A DNA stretch of 32,000 nt from positions 1,950,001 through 1,982,000 of the forward strand of contig OW818668.1 in the NCBI GenBank assembly GCA_942493105.1. The letters are read 5' to 3'. The notes under the pieces were generated by a model. The model had not been told where the DNA came from and did not search any database. It was given only the letters and a program-made list of their open reading frames with translations. The stretch comes from an uncultured Erysipelotrichaceae bacterium (GTDB lineage Bacteria > Bacillota_I > Bacilli_A > Erysipelotrichales > Erysipelotrichaceae). Below are positions 24,177 to 32,000 of this stretch, piece after piece. The position numbers and the translations under genes are program-made. Positions within the stretch are counted from its first letter, which is position 1; the number at the start of each line of letters is the position of its first letter.

Positions 24177-25031
24177 ATGAATGAACCACACTATCTGACT
24201 CCTGCAGAAATCACAGAGACTACCATTCAAATCGGCATAAAAAAGACCAAGTATTCTACATTAAATTTATTCCTATTGGGCATATTAGCTGGTGTATTCA
24301 TTGCTTTTGCATCAGAAGGTTCTAATATGGCTGCTTTTAATTTGTTTGCTAAACCTGAAACATATGGCTTAGGTAAAGCTTTAGCTGGGGCAATATTTGG
24401 GACAGGATTGATGCTGGTTGTAATCGCAGGTGGAGAACTCTTTACAGGAAATACTTTGATTTTTACAGGTGTTTTAGCCAAACGTATTTCATTGAAAGCA
24501 ATGTTAAGAAACTGGTTTTATGTTTATCTAGGTAACTTTGTAGGTTCAGTTTTGATAGCGTATATGATGAATGAATCTGGTTTATTTGGTAGTGGTGCTA
24601 ATGTTTTAGGAGCCGTCACGATTAAAATTGCTGTCTATAAAGTAGGTTTAAGTTTTTCTCAAGCGTTTTATTTGGGCATCATGTGTAATTGGTTGGTCTG
24701 TTTAGCAGTGTGGATGGCAACTGGAGCTAAAGATATCTCTGGTAAGATCTGGGCCATCTTCTTTCCCATTTGGTTATTTATCACCTCTGGCTTTGAACAC
24801 AGTATCGCCAACATGTATTATATCCCTGCCGGTATCTTAGCTAAAGGAAACCCACAATGGGCTCAAGCCGCAATGGAACTTGGGGTAAGTGCTGATAAAC
24901 TGGCTGCTTTGAATTGGAATTCGTTTTTAATTCAGAATTTATTGCCTGTAACTTTAGGAAACATCGTAGGTGGTGCAGTGTTTGTTGGTGGACTATATTG
25001 GTTCATATATCTAAGAAATTCAAATAAATAG
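24177..25031 (+). CDS. Formate/nitrite transporter (FNT) family channel
   Basis: Start at ATG 24177 (MNEPHYLTPAEI). The motifs GGELFTGN, CNWLVCLAVW and SGFEHSIANMY are FNT hallmarks. Confidence 0.85.
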   Translation: MNEPHYLTPAEITETTIQIGIKKTKYSTLNLFLLGILAGVFIAFASEGSNMAAFNLFAKPETYGLGKALAGAIFGTGLMLVVIAGGELFTGNTLIFTGVLAKRISLKAMLRNWFYVYLGNFVGSVLIAYMMNESGLFGSGANVLGAVTIKIAVYKVGLSFSQAFYLGIMCNWLVCLAVWMATGAKDISGKIWAIFFPIWLFITSGFEHSIANMYYIPAGILAKGNPQWAQAAMELGVSADKLAALNWNSFLIQNLLPVTLGNIVGGAVFVGGLYWFIYLRNSNK

Positions 25032-25042
25032 GATTAACTTGA

Positions 25043-25067
25043 CCCTTCAGAAATCTGAAGGGTTTTT
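25043..25067 (+). terminator. Intrinsic terminator
   Basis: CCCTTCAG-AAAT-CTGAAGGG followed by TTTTT. Confidence 0.7.
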
Positions 25068-25147
25068 ATAAGTTTATTTCAATATCACAGTCTTATTTAG
25101 ATAAGTGTTAAAATAGAAATAGAAAGAAGTTATCCGGAGGCAAAACA

Positions 25148-26005
25148 ATGAGAACAAGTGGAAGAGCCACAAGTAGGAATGTTCAAACCAGAGGAAGTTC
25201 TGGTGGGATGGTAGCGGGAGGCGGCTTAGGTTTGGTCGTTGTCTTAATCATCACTTTTTTAACTGGCGATCCAACCATCCTGCTAAACAGTTTATTGGGT
25301 GGACAAGGTCAAGCAAGTTCACTCAGTAAAGAACGTGTTGCTGAACTCACTGAATTTGTTTCAGTGGTCATGGCAGATACCGAGACTGTTTGGAATGAAA
25401 TCTTTGATGCCTATGGTGAAGATTATAAAGAACCAACCTTAGTCATCTATAGCGGTTCAGTTCAATCAGCCTGTGGTAATGCAACTTCTGATGTGGGTCC
25501 GTTTTATTGTTCAGAAGATGAATCGGTATATATTGATTTGATCTTCTTTGATGAATTGGGACTTAGATTCAAAGCCCCGGGAGATTTTGCGATGGCTTAT
25601 GTCATTGCACATGAAGTCGGTCATCATGTTCAAAATCAATTGGGCATCTTAGAAGAAGTTCATACTTTACAATCTAAAGTGAGTAAGACTGAAGCCAATG
25701 AATTATCCGTAAAATTAGAATTACAAGCTGATTATTTAGCAGGTGTATGGGCACATTATGTTCAAGGATATGGATATTTGGAAGCTGGTGATGTTGAAGA
25801 AGCCCTCGCAGCCGCTGCTGCCATCGGTGATGATCGTTTGCAACAGCAAGGCCAAGGTTATGTCAATCCAGATACATTTACCCATGGTACATCAGCTCAA
25901 CGCTCAAAATGGTTTAAATTAGGATTGACCTATGGTGATCTTGAACATGGCGATACGTTTGATGCTGCAACATTATTCATCCCAGTTGATATCTTTGGAT
26001 CTTAA
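25148..26005 (+). CDS. YpfJ-like putative neutral zinc metallopeptidase
   Basis: 285 aa with an N-terminal TM segment, GPFYC...D..VY(I)DL and the HEVGHHVQ zinc motif characteristic of the YpfJ family. Confidence 0.75.
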   Translation: MRTSGRATSRNVQTRGSSGGMVAGGGLGLVVVLIITFLTGDPTILLNSLLGGQGQASSLSKERVAELTEFVSVVMADTETVWNEIFDAYGEDYKEPTLVIYSGSVQSACGNATSDVGPFYCSEDESVYIDLIFFDELGLRFKAPGDFAMAYVIAHEVGHHVQNQLGILEEVHTLQSKVSKTEANELSVKLELQADYLAGVWAHYVQGYGYLEAGDVEEALAAAAAIGDDRLQQQGQGYVNPDTFTHGTSAQRSKWFKLGLTYGDLEHGDTFDAATLFIPVDIFGS

Positions 26006-26019
26006 ATAAAGGAGCTTTC

Positions 26020-26874
26020 ATGAAGAAAATCACATGGATTGGAACAGGAGTCATGGGCCATGCGATGGTCACACATTTGATCAATGCTGGTTATCCAATC
26101 ACCATTTATACCCGCAGTAAACAAAAAGCTCTGGATTTAGCCAACAGAGCAAAAGTCGTTGATTCGATTGAAGAAGCCGTTAAAGAAGCAGATGTTGTGA
26201 TCATGATGGTGGGTTATCCAAGTGATGTAGAATCAGTAAGCCAACAAGTCTTTAAGTTTGCTCCAAAAGGCGCACTTTTAATCGACATGACCACATCTTC
26301 TCCATCTTTAGCGATATCGTTATATCAGCAAGCTAAAGCCTTTGGAATCAGAATGCTTGATGCACCTGTTTCCGGAGGTGACATTGGGGCTAAAAATGCC
26401 TCATTGACGATAATGGTTGGAGGCGATGAATCTGACTTCAATGAAGCCTCGGATATCTTTAAACATCTAGGTAAATCGCTCAATTATATTGGAACAACTG
26501 GTTTTGGTCAACATTGCAAGATGGCAAATCAAATCGTGGTAGCAGGCAATACCATTGCGATCAGTGAAGCCATTCATTATATGTTGTCTACAGGGCTAGA
26601 TCCACAAAAAACATTGAATGCCTTAGGTGGTGGTGCAGCCAGTTCTTGGCAACTCCTCAACAATGGACCAAAAATGATCAACAGGAATTTTGAGCCAGGA
26701 TTTTATGTTCACCATTTTGTAAAGGATTTAAAACTCATTGAAGAAGAAGCACGTCAAGCAAATATAAATCTACCTATGGTTCATCAAGTGCTAAATCTAT
26801 ATCAACATCTTATGGATGATGGTGATCGAGAACTAGGAACTCAAGCTCTCATACGTGCATATCGAAAAGACTAA
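26020..26874 (+). CDS. NAD(P)-dependent beta-hydroxyacid dehydrogenase (3-hydroxyisobutyrate / 2-hydroxy-3-oxopropionate reductase family)
   Basis: 284 aa. The N-terminal Rossmann motif is WIGTGVMGHAM, with DAPVSGG and a catalytic-region KMANQ typical of the family. Confidence 0.8.
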   Translation: MKKITWIGTGVMGHAMVTHLINAGYPITIYTRSKQKALDLANRAKVVDSIEEAVKEADVVIMMVGYPSDVESVSQQVFKFAPKGALLIDMTTSSPSLAISLYQQAKAFGIRMLDAPVSGGDIGAKNASLTIMVGGDESDFNEASDIFKHLGKSLNYIGTTGFGQHCKMANQIVVAGNTIAISEAIHYMLSTGLDPQKTLNALGGGAASSWQLLNNGPKMINRNFEPGFYVHHFVKDLKLIEEEARQANINLPMVHQVLNLYQHLMDDGDRELGTQALIRAYRKD

Positions 26875-26974
26875 AGAAGCCATTGTGAAGTTGTACATTA
26901 AAAGTAGACAGATCAAATAAAAAACATTTGAACACTGTCTACTTTTTTCATATCCTTTAGGAAAGGAGAAACGA

Positions 26975-27352
26975 ATGGGAAGAAACAAAGGCGGCACAAA
27001 CAAAAGGTACAGTTTTGAAGAGAAGTTAAGAGTGTGTAAACGGTATTACGAAGAACATTGGTCCACCCACGATTTATCAAAATTGGAAGAAGTCCCTTGG
27101 GGAACAGTGTGTAGATGGGTGATTGAATACCGAGATCAAGGGGAAGAAGGGCTGAGACCCAAGAAAAAAGGAAGACCTAAGCCGGTAAAACCTAGACAAG
27201 GGATGAGTGAACTTGAGCAAGTAAAGTTAGAGAATCTAGCCCTTAAAGTGGAGGTTGAGCGCTTAAAAAAAGGTTACACCGTGAAAGGAGTTGGTTCAAG
27301 GAAGGTGTACGTCACTTTAGACGGCAAGATTATCAAATCGTCGATAAATTAA
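26975..27352 (+). CDS. IS3-family transposase OrfA (HTH plus leucine zipper)
   Basis: 125 aa with a helix-turn-helix-like N-terminus and a coiled-coil (LEQVKLENLALKVEVERLKK) ending at the frameshift window. Confidence 0.85.
   Translation: MGRNKGGTNKRYSFEEKLRVCKRYYEEHWSTHDLSKLEEVPWGTVCRWVIEYRDQGEEGLRPKKKGRPKPVKPRQGMSELEQVKLENLALKVEVERLKKGYTVKGVGSRKVYVTLDGKIIKSSIN
27265..27272 (+). promoter_or_regulatory. Programmed -1 ribosomal frameshift site of the IS
   Basis: AAAAAAAG in the orfA frame TTA AAA AAA GGT. The -1 frame is open from 27271 straight into orfB (RLHRERSWFKEGVRHFRRQDYQIVDKLKKVYGTT...). Confidence 0.7.
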
Positions 27353-27357
27353 AGAAA

Positions 27358-28191
27358 GTGTATGGGACGACGTTCGTTTTGAGGTATCTCGGATTAAATC
27401 GATCCGGTTATTATAAGTGGGTGAAACGAAAGGACATTAAAACTCAGTATGAACTAGATCGAATTGACCTGACCAAACTTCTCAAACAAGCCCACCATAA
27501 GCATAAAACCTACGGATATCATAGTTTAGCCAAAATGATCCGAAATCAAACCGGGTGGGTCTTCTCAGATCATCTCGCACATGTGTGTGCGAAAGCAGCA
27601 GGAATCCGGTCTAAAGCAAGAAGATCAAGTAGTATCAAGAGTGGCACGGAGCACAAAGTACTCAAGAATGAAGTTCAAGGTTTCTGGAACGCCAGGAAAC
27701 CTCTAGAGATCGTGGTCTCCGACATGACTGTTTTGAGAAACAGAGGTATCAATTGGGAGTGGACCTATATTCTGGATACCTTCAATAACGAGATCATCGC
27801 TTCCTCCTTATCTTCTAAAAGAGGCGATATAAAGCCTTACTTCGAGACACTTGAGCAACTCAAGACCAAAATAAAAGGAGCAGAACATCCCGTCATCCTT
27901 CACACAGACCAAGGGACTGTCTACTCCAGCCGAGCTTATCAACAAGCTCATTTGAATTATAACATAACCCAATCGATGAGCCGAAGCGGTACGCCGACAG
28001 ATAATCCAATCATCGAGGCGATCAATGGGTGGATCAAGGATGAACTTTATTACGATCATCATTATCATAAAGCGGATGATTTGCCTAAACTTATTACAGA
28101 GTACATTATCTATTTCAACACCGAACGACCTGCCTACGCCTTGAATTACAAAACCCCAGTCCAATTTAAACAAGATCTGGGGTTTGAATGA
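27358..28191 (+). CDS. IS3-family transposase OrfB (DDE/RNase H-fold catalytic domain). Expressed as an OrfAB fusion, with the -1 frame open from 27271
   Basis: The DDE triad context is visible (VSDMT, HTDQGTVYSS, NPIIEAINGWIKDE). The annotated GTG at 27358 is only the first start codon in this frame. Confidence 0.85.
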   Translation: MYGTTFVLRYLGLNRSGYYKWVKRKDIKTQYELDRIDLTKLLKQAHHKHKTYGYHSLAKMIRNQTGWVFSDHLAHVCAKAAGIRSKARRSSSIKSGTEHKVLKNEVQGFWNARKPLEIVVSDMTVLRNRGINWEWTYILDTFNNEIIASSLSSKRGDIKPYFETLEQLKTKIKGAEHPVILHTDQGTVYSSRAYQQAHLNYNITQSMSRSGTPTDNPIIEAINGWIKDELYYDHHYHKADDLPKLITEYIIYFNTERPAYALNYKTPVQFKQDLGFE

Positions 28192-28245
28192 ATATTTTCT
28201 ATTAATATGTCTACTTTGGCTTTACAACTTCAAATTGCTTCTTTT

Positions 28246-29322
28246 TTAATTTTCATGTTTTATCGAAGTTATGCCACTCAGCATGACCCATTTTCTTAAA
28301 TGTAAATGATACATGAACGGTAGTTTCATAAGTTTCAAAGCGATAGAAAAACGCAGTTTCATACATTTAAGGTCATAAATCTTAAGTGCTTTTTCTGTCG
28401 CCCCATATCGGTTAAGGCAATCTGATAAGGTTCTGGCACTTCTAAATGCATAGCTAAAGCCTTCAGCGGAAGTTGGACTTATGGTTCCCGATGCTTCCCC
28501 AATCAATGCAGCTTGGCCACAATGATAATTTAGTTCTTTGATCGATCTAGGTCGTAATACAATGGCTGCTTCAGTTGATTTTAGTTCATTCAGTTCTAGA
28601 TCAGTATCACACAAAAGTTTGTTTCTAAACGTTTCAAAGTTTTGATGAACTTGTTGATCTATGCGCATAGCTGATCCAATAATGATCGTTTTGTCTTTTT
28701 GAAGTGCCCAAGAATAATAATCGGTAATCGATTGATCAAAGATCCCGTAATAAGATGTTTGAACTTTTGAAGTTAAATAGTGTTCTTGCATACAGATATA
28801 ACGTTGAGCTTGCTTACGTTTACTAAACAAAGTTCTTGATACAATTGAATCTGCACCATCTGCGCCAACCAATATCTTACATTCTAAGCTTGACTTTTGC
28901 TTGTTATGGATCAGTTCCAATTGAAAACCTTGCGGTGTTTCAGTTATGGATAAAACCCGTGTTGAATAGAGTAAAGATACATTATTGGGGATCAGACTGA
29001 TCAACCAGTTCTCGAATTTTATACGATCCATATTAATGTAGGATCTTGGATAAAAGCGATGTAGGTGATTACTGAAATCATAGGTATTAACCTTATTTAG
29101 TTGAGGTTCAACTTTAAGTTCATCAGGAATAGTTATGCCTTCTTGTCTCAATGCTTTTTGGGCGTGGCTCGATAAAAGTCCACCACAAGCTTTATGGGTT
29201 CGTTTAAGAGCACTAAAATCTCGAGCATCAATAACAGCGACTTTCAGTTTATTTTGTAGACCCAGACGTTTTGCGCAATGTGCACCAGAAGGTCCAGATC
29301 CAATAATGATCACATCAAACAT
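28246..29322 (-). CDS. FAD-dependent oxidoreductase (geranylgeranyl reductase / flavin monooxygenase-like)
   Basis: 358 aa with the N-terminal dinucleotide-binding motif DVIIIGSGPSGAHCA and GADGADS (GD motif). GGAGA RBS. Confidence 0.7.
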   Translation of the reverse strand: MFDVIIIGSGPSGAHCAKRLGLQNKLKVAVIDARDFSALKRTHKACGGLLSSHAQKALRQEGITIPDELKVEPQLNKVNTYDFSNHLHRFYPRSYINMDRIKFENWLISLIPNNVSLLYSTRVLSITETPQGFQLELIHNKQKSSLECKILVGADGADSIVSRTLFSKRKQAQRYICMQEHYLTSKVQTSYYGIFDQSITDYYSWALQKDKTIIIGSAMRIDQQVHQNFETFRNKLLCDTDLELNELKSTEAAIVLRPRSIKELNYHCGQAALIGEASGTISPTSAEGFSYAFRSARTLSDCLNRYGATEKALKIYDLKCMKLRFSIALKLMKLPFMYHLHLRKWVMLSGITSIKHEN

Positions 29323-29413
29323 AGATTCTCCAAGGCCAATCAGCCTGTGACCATTATCCCATACCCTAAGATTCTATGCACCTATTTATGGCTGAATCTC
29401 AGAAAAGTAAACG

Positions 29414-29436
29414 AATAAAAAGCCCATTGAAGGGCT
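29414..29436 (-). terminator. Intrinsic terminator overlapping the GGDEF gene stop
   Basis: AGCCC-ATTGAA-GGGCT stem. On the minus strand it is followed by TTTTTATT. Confidence 0.45.
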
Positions 29437-30310
29437 AGATTTCACTAGATGTCTGTATCTTTCGACTTCGTTTCTTCTCATAAAGATGTTTATCTGCCGC
29501 AACCAAAATCTTTTCAAAGTTTTCTTCGTGCTCAAGTTGAGTGATCCCAAAACTTGCTGAAACCAAGATGGCTTGTTTTTCAAATACGAGTTTAAGATCT
29601 TTTATGGCTTTATCGATTCGATTGACTAAATTTAATGCATTCTCTTTTGATGTATTGGGCATCATAATGACAAACTCATCCCCACCAAAGCGAGCTAAAA
29701 TATCAAATTCTCTGACATTATTAGACAGTACAGCCGCTACTTCTTTTAAAACATAATCTCCAGCAATATGACCATAGGTATCATTGATGTTTTTAAAATC
29801 ATCGATGTCGATCATGACCAAACTTAAATCCGTACCAAAACGTCTGGCTCTTTGAAATTCAGTATGACCTAATCGTTCAAAATGCTGACGATTATAAACT
29901 TTAGTCAATCCGTCTTTTTCAGCCCATTCACGCAGTCTTTGGCCTTCGATTTTATCGGTCACATCAATACAGCTTCCAATATAGCCTGCAAACACATTGT
30001 CATCCAGAAATACTGGTGATCCAAGATCATTGATCCAACGATATTCACCATCATGACGTTTTAATCGATATTCCATTTCAAAAGGTACCCTAAGCGCAAA
30101 AGCATCCAGGTATATTTTTAAACAACGCTCAAAATCATCTGGATGTACACCTGTAGCCCAACCATTACCCATTTCTTCGGATATTGATCGACCTGTAAAT
30201 TTAAGCCACGTCGCATTAAAATAGTTACACAAGGCATCGGTTCCAGCTCTCCAAATCATATTTGGAGAGGCTTCTACGATGATTTCGTATTCACTGGTAC
30301 TTAGATTCAT
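29435..30310 (-). CDS. PAS-domain diguanylate cyclase (GGDEF)
   Basis: 291 aa with an N-terminal PAS-like region (IWRAGTDALCNYFNATWLKFTGRS...) and a C-terminal GGDEF domain with an intact RFGGDEF active site. AAGGAGGATC RBS. Confidence 0.85.
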   Translation of the reverse strand: MNLSTSEYEIIVEASPNMIWRAGTDALCNYFNATWLKFTGRSISEEMGNGWATGVHPDDFERCLKIYLDAFALRVPFEMEYRLKRHDGEYRWINDLGSPVFLDDNVFAGYIGSCIDVTDKIEGQRLREWAEKDGLTKVYNRQHFERLGHTEFQRARRFGTDLSLVMIDIDDFKNINDTYGHIAGDYVLKEVAAVLSNNVREFDILARFGGDEFVIMMPNTSKENALNLVNRIDKAIKDLKLVFEKQAILVSASFGITQLEHEENFEKILVAADKHLYEKKRSRKIQTSSEI

Positions 30311-30473
30311 GATCCTCCTTTTGTTAAGAGAACGTCAACATTCACATTATAACACTCCTTTTTTCTAAATTATATCAAATATTAATCTTGTCTTTTAAAT
30401 ATAGTATGAGCACATCAACTGAACTTTCCAGTACTTCTACGTATACTGTGTTTGAAAAGAAAAGAGGACCAAT

Positions 30474-30857
30474 ATGCTACAAGAATATGTTAGAGCGACA
30501 ACAAAATCGTATGAATCAACATTATCTGATCTCAAAAACAAACTCCTTGAAAGAAGGTTTGGTGTTTTAGCATCCATTTCATTATCAGATAAAATCAAAG
30601 ATAAGGGTATCGAATACTTAGGACAGTTGACCATCTTAGAGGTCTGTAATCCTTTTGAAGCTGCAGCTGCGCTTGAAATCAATTCTGCAGCTGCATATTT
30701 CTTACCATGCAAAATTTTAGTCAGAGAAGTTAATGGTTGTGCTTTGATCGAAATGGCGAAACCATCATCTTTGGTCGAAATCTTGGGTGACGCAAAATTA
30801 AGTGTTTTTGCTAAAAAAATAGAAAATCTTTTGATTGAAGCAGCTGAAGCAGTTTAA
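30474..30857 (+). CDS. DUF302 domain protein
   Basis: 127 aa. The pattern FGVLASISLSDKIKDKG...LTILEVCNP...A...LPCKILV matches the DUF302 family as I recall it. Confidence 0.6.
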   Translation: MLQEYVRATTKSYESTLSDLKNKLLERRFGVLASISLSDKIKDKGIEYLGQLTILEVCNPFEAAAALEINSAAAYFLPCKILVREVNGCALIEMAKPSSLVEILGDAKLSVFAKKIENLLIEAAEAV

Positions 30858-30946
30858 TCTTTGGTTTCATATACATATGTGTCTCAAAATCCTTTCTCAA
30901 TAGTATAATGAAATCAAAGAGAATGCTTTCATTAAAGGAGGACCTT

Positions 30947-31411
30947 ATGGGATATGAAATCAAACCCGCCTATGACCGACTCGATGAAGTCATAACTTTG
31001 TTTAGAGAGTACCATAAGATGTTAGGGGTCGATCTAAACTTTCAAGACTTTGAAAAAGAATTAAAAACTTTGCCTGGAAAATACACAACTCCTGATGGAC
31101 GACTTTATGTGATTTACTTAGAAGGTAAACTTGCTGGGTGTATTGCACTTAGACGCTATGATGAAACACGCTGTGAAATGAAACGCCTCTTTGTTAGACC
31201 TCAGTTTAGAGGTTTACGTTTAGGTCAAATTCTCGCTGAAAAGATTATTCAAGATGCCAAAGGTATTGGCTATGAAGAAATGATATTGGATACTTTAGCC
31301 TCTCTTGAAAGTGCAGTTTATATGTATCGTAAGATGGGATTTGAAGAAGTTGAACCTTATTATGATAATCCTTTAGATGATGTCATTTATTTTAAACTTA
31401 AACTTAAATAG
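30947..31411 (+). CDS. GNAT family N-acetyltransferase
   Basis: Start at ATG 30947 (MGYEIKPAY) after AAAGGAGGACCTT. The acetyl-CoA binding motif is RLFVRPQFRGLRLGQILAEK. Confidence 0.8.
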   Translation: MGYEIKPAYDRLDEVITLFREYHKMLGVDLNFQDFEKELKTLPGKYTTPDGRLYVIYLEGKLAGCIALRRYDETRCEMKRLFVRPQFRGLRLGQILAEKIIQDAKGIGYEEMILDTLASLESAVYMYRKMGFEEVEPYYDNPLDDVIYFKLKLK

Positions 31412-31426
31412 ACAAATACACTTAAT

Positions 31427-31463
31427 AAAGATGCCCGATATTGTTTGAAAGCATCTTTTTTAT
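31427..31463 (+). terminator. Intrinsic terminator
   Basis: AAAGATGC (31427-31434) / GCATCTTT (31451-31458) with a 16-nt loop, followed by a T-run. Confidence 0.45.
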
Positions 31464-31572
31464 ATGGTTATAGAATGATGTGTAGATCTTCAATTTATAA
31501 GTTTCATCAAATTCACACTTACCCTAACTAGATTAACGCTATCTTTAATCTATACTTAACTTAGGAGATCTT

Positions 31573-31986
31573 ATGAAAAAAGCCATATACATCCTTATCG
31601 TGACTTTTTTATCTTTTTGGTTAATCAATTATGGGATAACTCTTGAACAAGAACCCTCTTTAATTAATGGGATCTATGTCTTGGAGTATGTCATTCCGGG
31701 ATTTGCGATCCTTGTCACCAATATTTTTGCGTTGATGTTTGAAAAAGAAAATCAACCTTGGATCATCTTCATGATCAGTATCGCTGTTTGCTTGATCGGA
31801 GAATTGATTGCCTTGAGTTATTATCAATACAATGATCAATTTTTAACGCTGACCCTGAAATTGATGAGTTTGGCTTTAATTGTCAGTATCATCAACATTA
31901 CATTATTAAGCTGTCTAAAATGGTGGATCAAAGGATTACCAAAACCATCTCATAGCATCAATAAAAATGTATCTAGTAAAAGTTAA
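31573..31986 (+). CDS. Small membrane protein (four hydrophobic helices), unknown function
   Basis: 137-aa ORF with a TAGGAGATCTT RBS and strongly hydrophobic segments. Confidence 0.6.
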   Translation: MKKAIYILIVTFLSFWLINYGITLEQEPSLINGIYVLEYVIPGFAILVTNIFALMFEKENQPWIIFMISIAVCLIGELIALSYYQYNDQFLTLTLKLMSLALIVSIINITLLSCLKWWIKGLPKPSHSINKNVSSKS

Positions 31987-32000
31987 GCCACTAAAAAGCA

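Larger units (their letters stand above)
26886..28233 (+). mobile_element. IS3-family insertion sequence, apparently intact
   Basis: Terminal inverted repeats are TGAAGTTGTACATTAAAAGTAGACA (left) and TGAAGTTGTAAAGCCAAAGTAGACA (reverse complement of the right end). It carries orfA/orfB with an A7G slippery site and a DDE transposase. ATTG flanks it at 26882-26885 and 28234-28237. Confidence 0.85.

Noticed and set aside
26883-28235. A 3-bp target-site duplication directly abutting TG...CA ends of the IS
   Set aside because: The immediately adjacent triplets differ (TTG versus AAT). Only a 4-bp ATTG offset by one base on the right side matches, so the duplication and exact right end are reported as tentative.
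21931-30712. Other overlapping track ORFs: 21931-22125, 22784-23041, 23051-23236, 23349-23531, 24227-24481, 27808-28173, 29135-29350, 29386-29583, 29541-29756, 30388-30570, 30437-30712
   Set aside because: Each overlaps a better-supported gene (M23, PHP, FNT, IS transposase, FAD oxidoreductase, GGDEF, DUF302) and lacks start-site signals.

Overview
This 32-kb window comes from a low-GC chromosome with Bacillota- or Mollicutes-like signals: GGAGG-type RBSs, an L-box riboswitch, a BlaI/BlaR1 pair and hairpin plus T-run terminators. It has three parts.

(1) 1-5.5 kb is a GC-richer minus-strand block. It holds membrane proteins, a PaaX-like regulator, two tandem paralogous membrane proteins, and a TetR operon (membrane protein, flavoprotein, TetR) with a twin-palindrome promoter.

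(2) About 5.76-12.25 kb is visibly AT-richer. Three unrelated minus-strand cassettes sit here: an XRE-family membrane-anchored regulator; an orphan 354-aa protein followed by an in-frame TAG and 70 more open codons; and blaI / sensor-less blaR1-like / lipoprotein. They are separated by four copies of a composite structured repeat module (A 5977-6270, B 7719-7953, C 9465-9742, D 11726-11943). The modules are built from three parts. The first is a roughly 55-nt unit, TCCTCCGCCATA-N6-hairpin-T run-ATGGTTT, present six times with compensatory stem changes. The second is a set of 12-bp tandem doublets. The third is a run of 10-bp phased GATTAGAAAC repeats. I consider this the most interesting signal. 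Possible readings are REPIN/BIME- or MITE-like elements, orphan sRNAs carrying an anti-Shine-Dalgarno motif, or recombination sites of a cassette array. No recombinase is visible in the window.

(3) 12.25-32 kb holds the remaining genes:
- a double-propeller/Y_Y_Y sensor fused to HD-GYP, followed by manA
- an aldo-keto reductase and a DsrE-like protein
- a lysine riboswitch controlling an APC permease plus amidohydrolase
- an M23 peptidase, a DUF1294 protein and a PHP phosphoesterase
- a formate/nitrite-family transporter, a YpfJ-like metalloprotease and a beta-hydroxyacid dehydrogenase
- an intact IS3-family element inserted in the loop of a terminator hairpin
- an FAD oxidoreductase, a PAS-GGDEF cyclase, DUF302, GNAT and a membrane protein

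All calls come from reading the sequence and ORF track by eye. No database searches were run.
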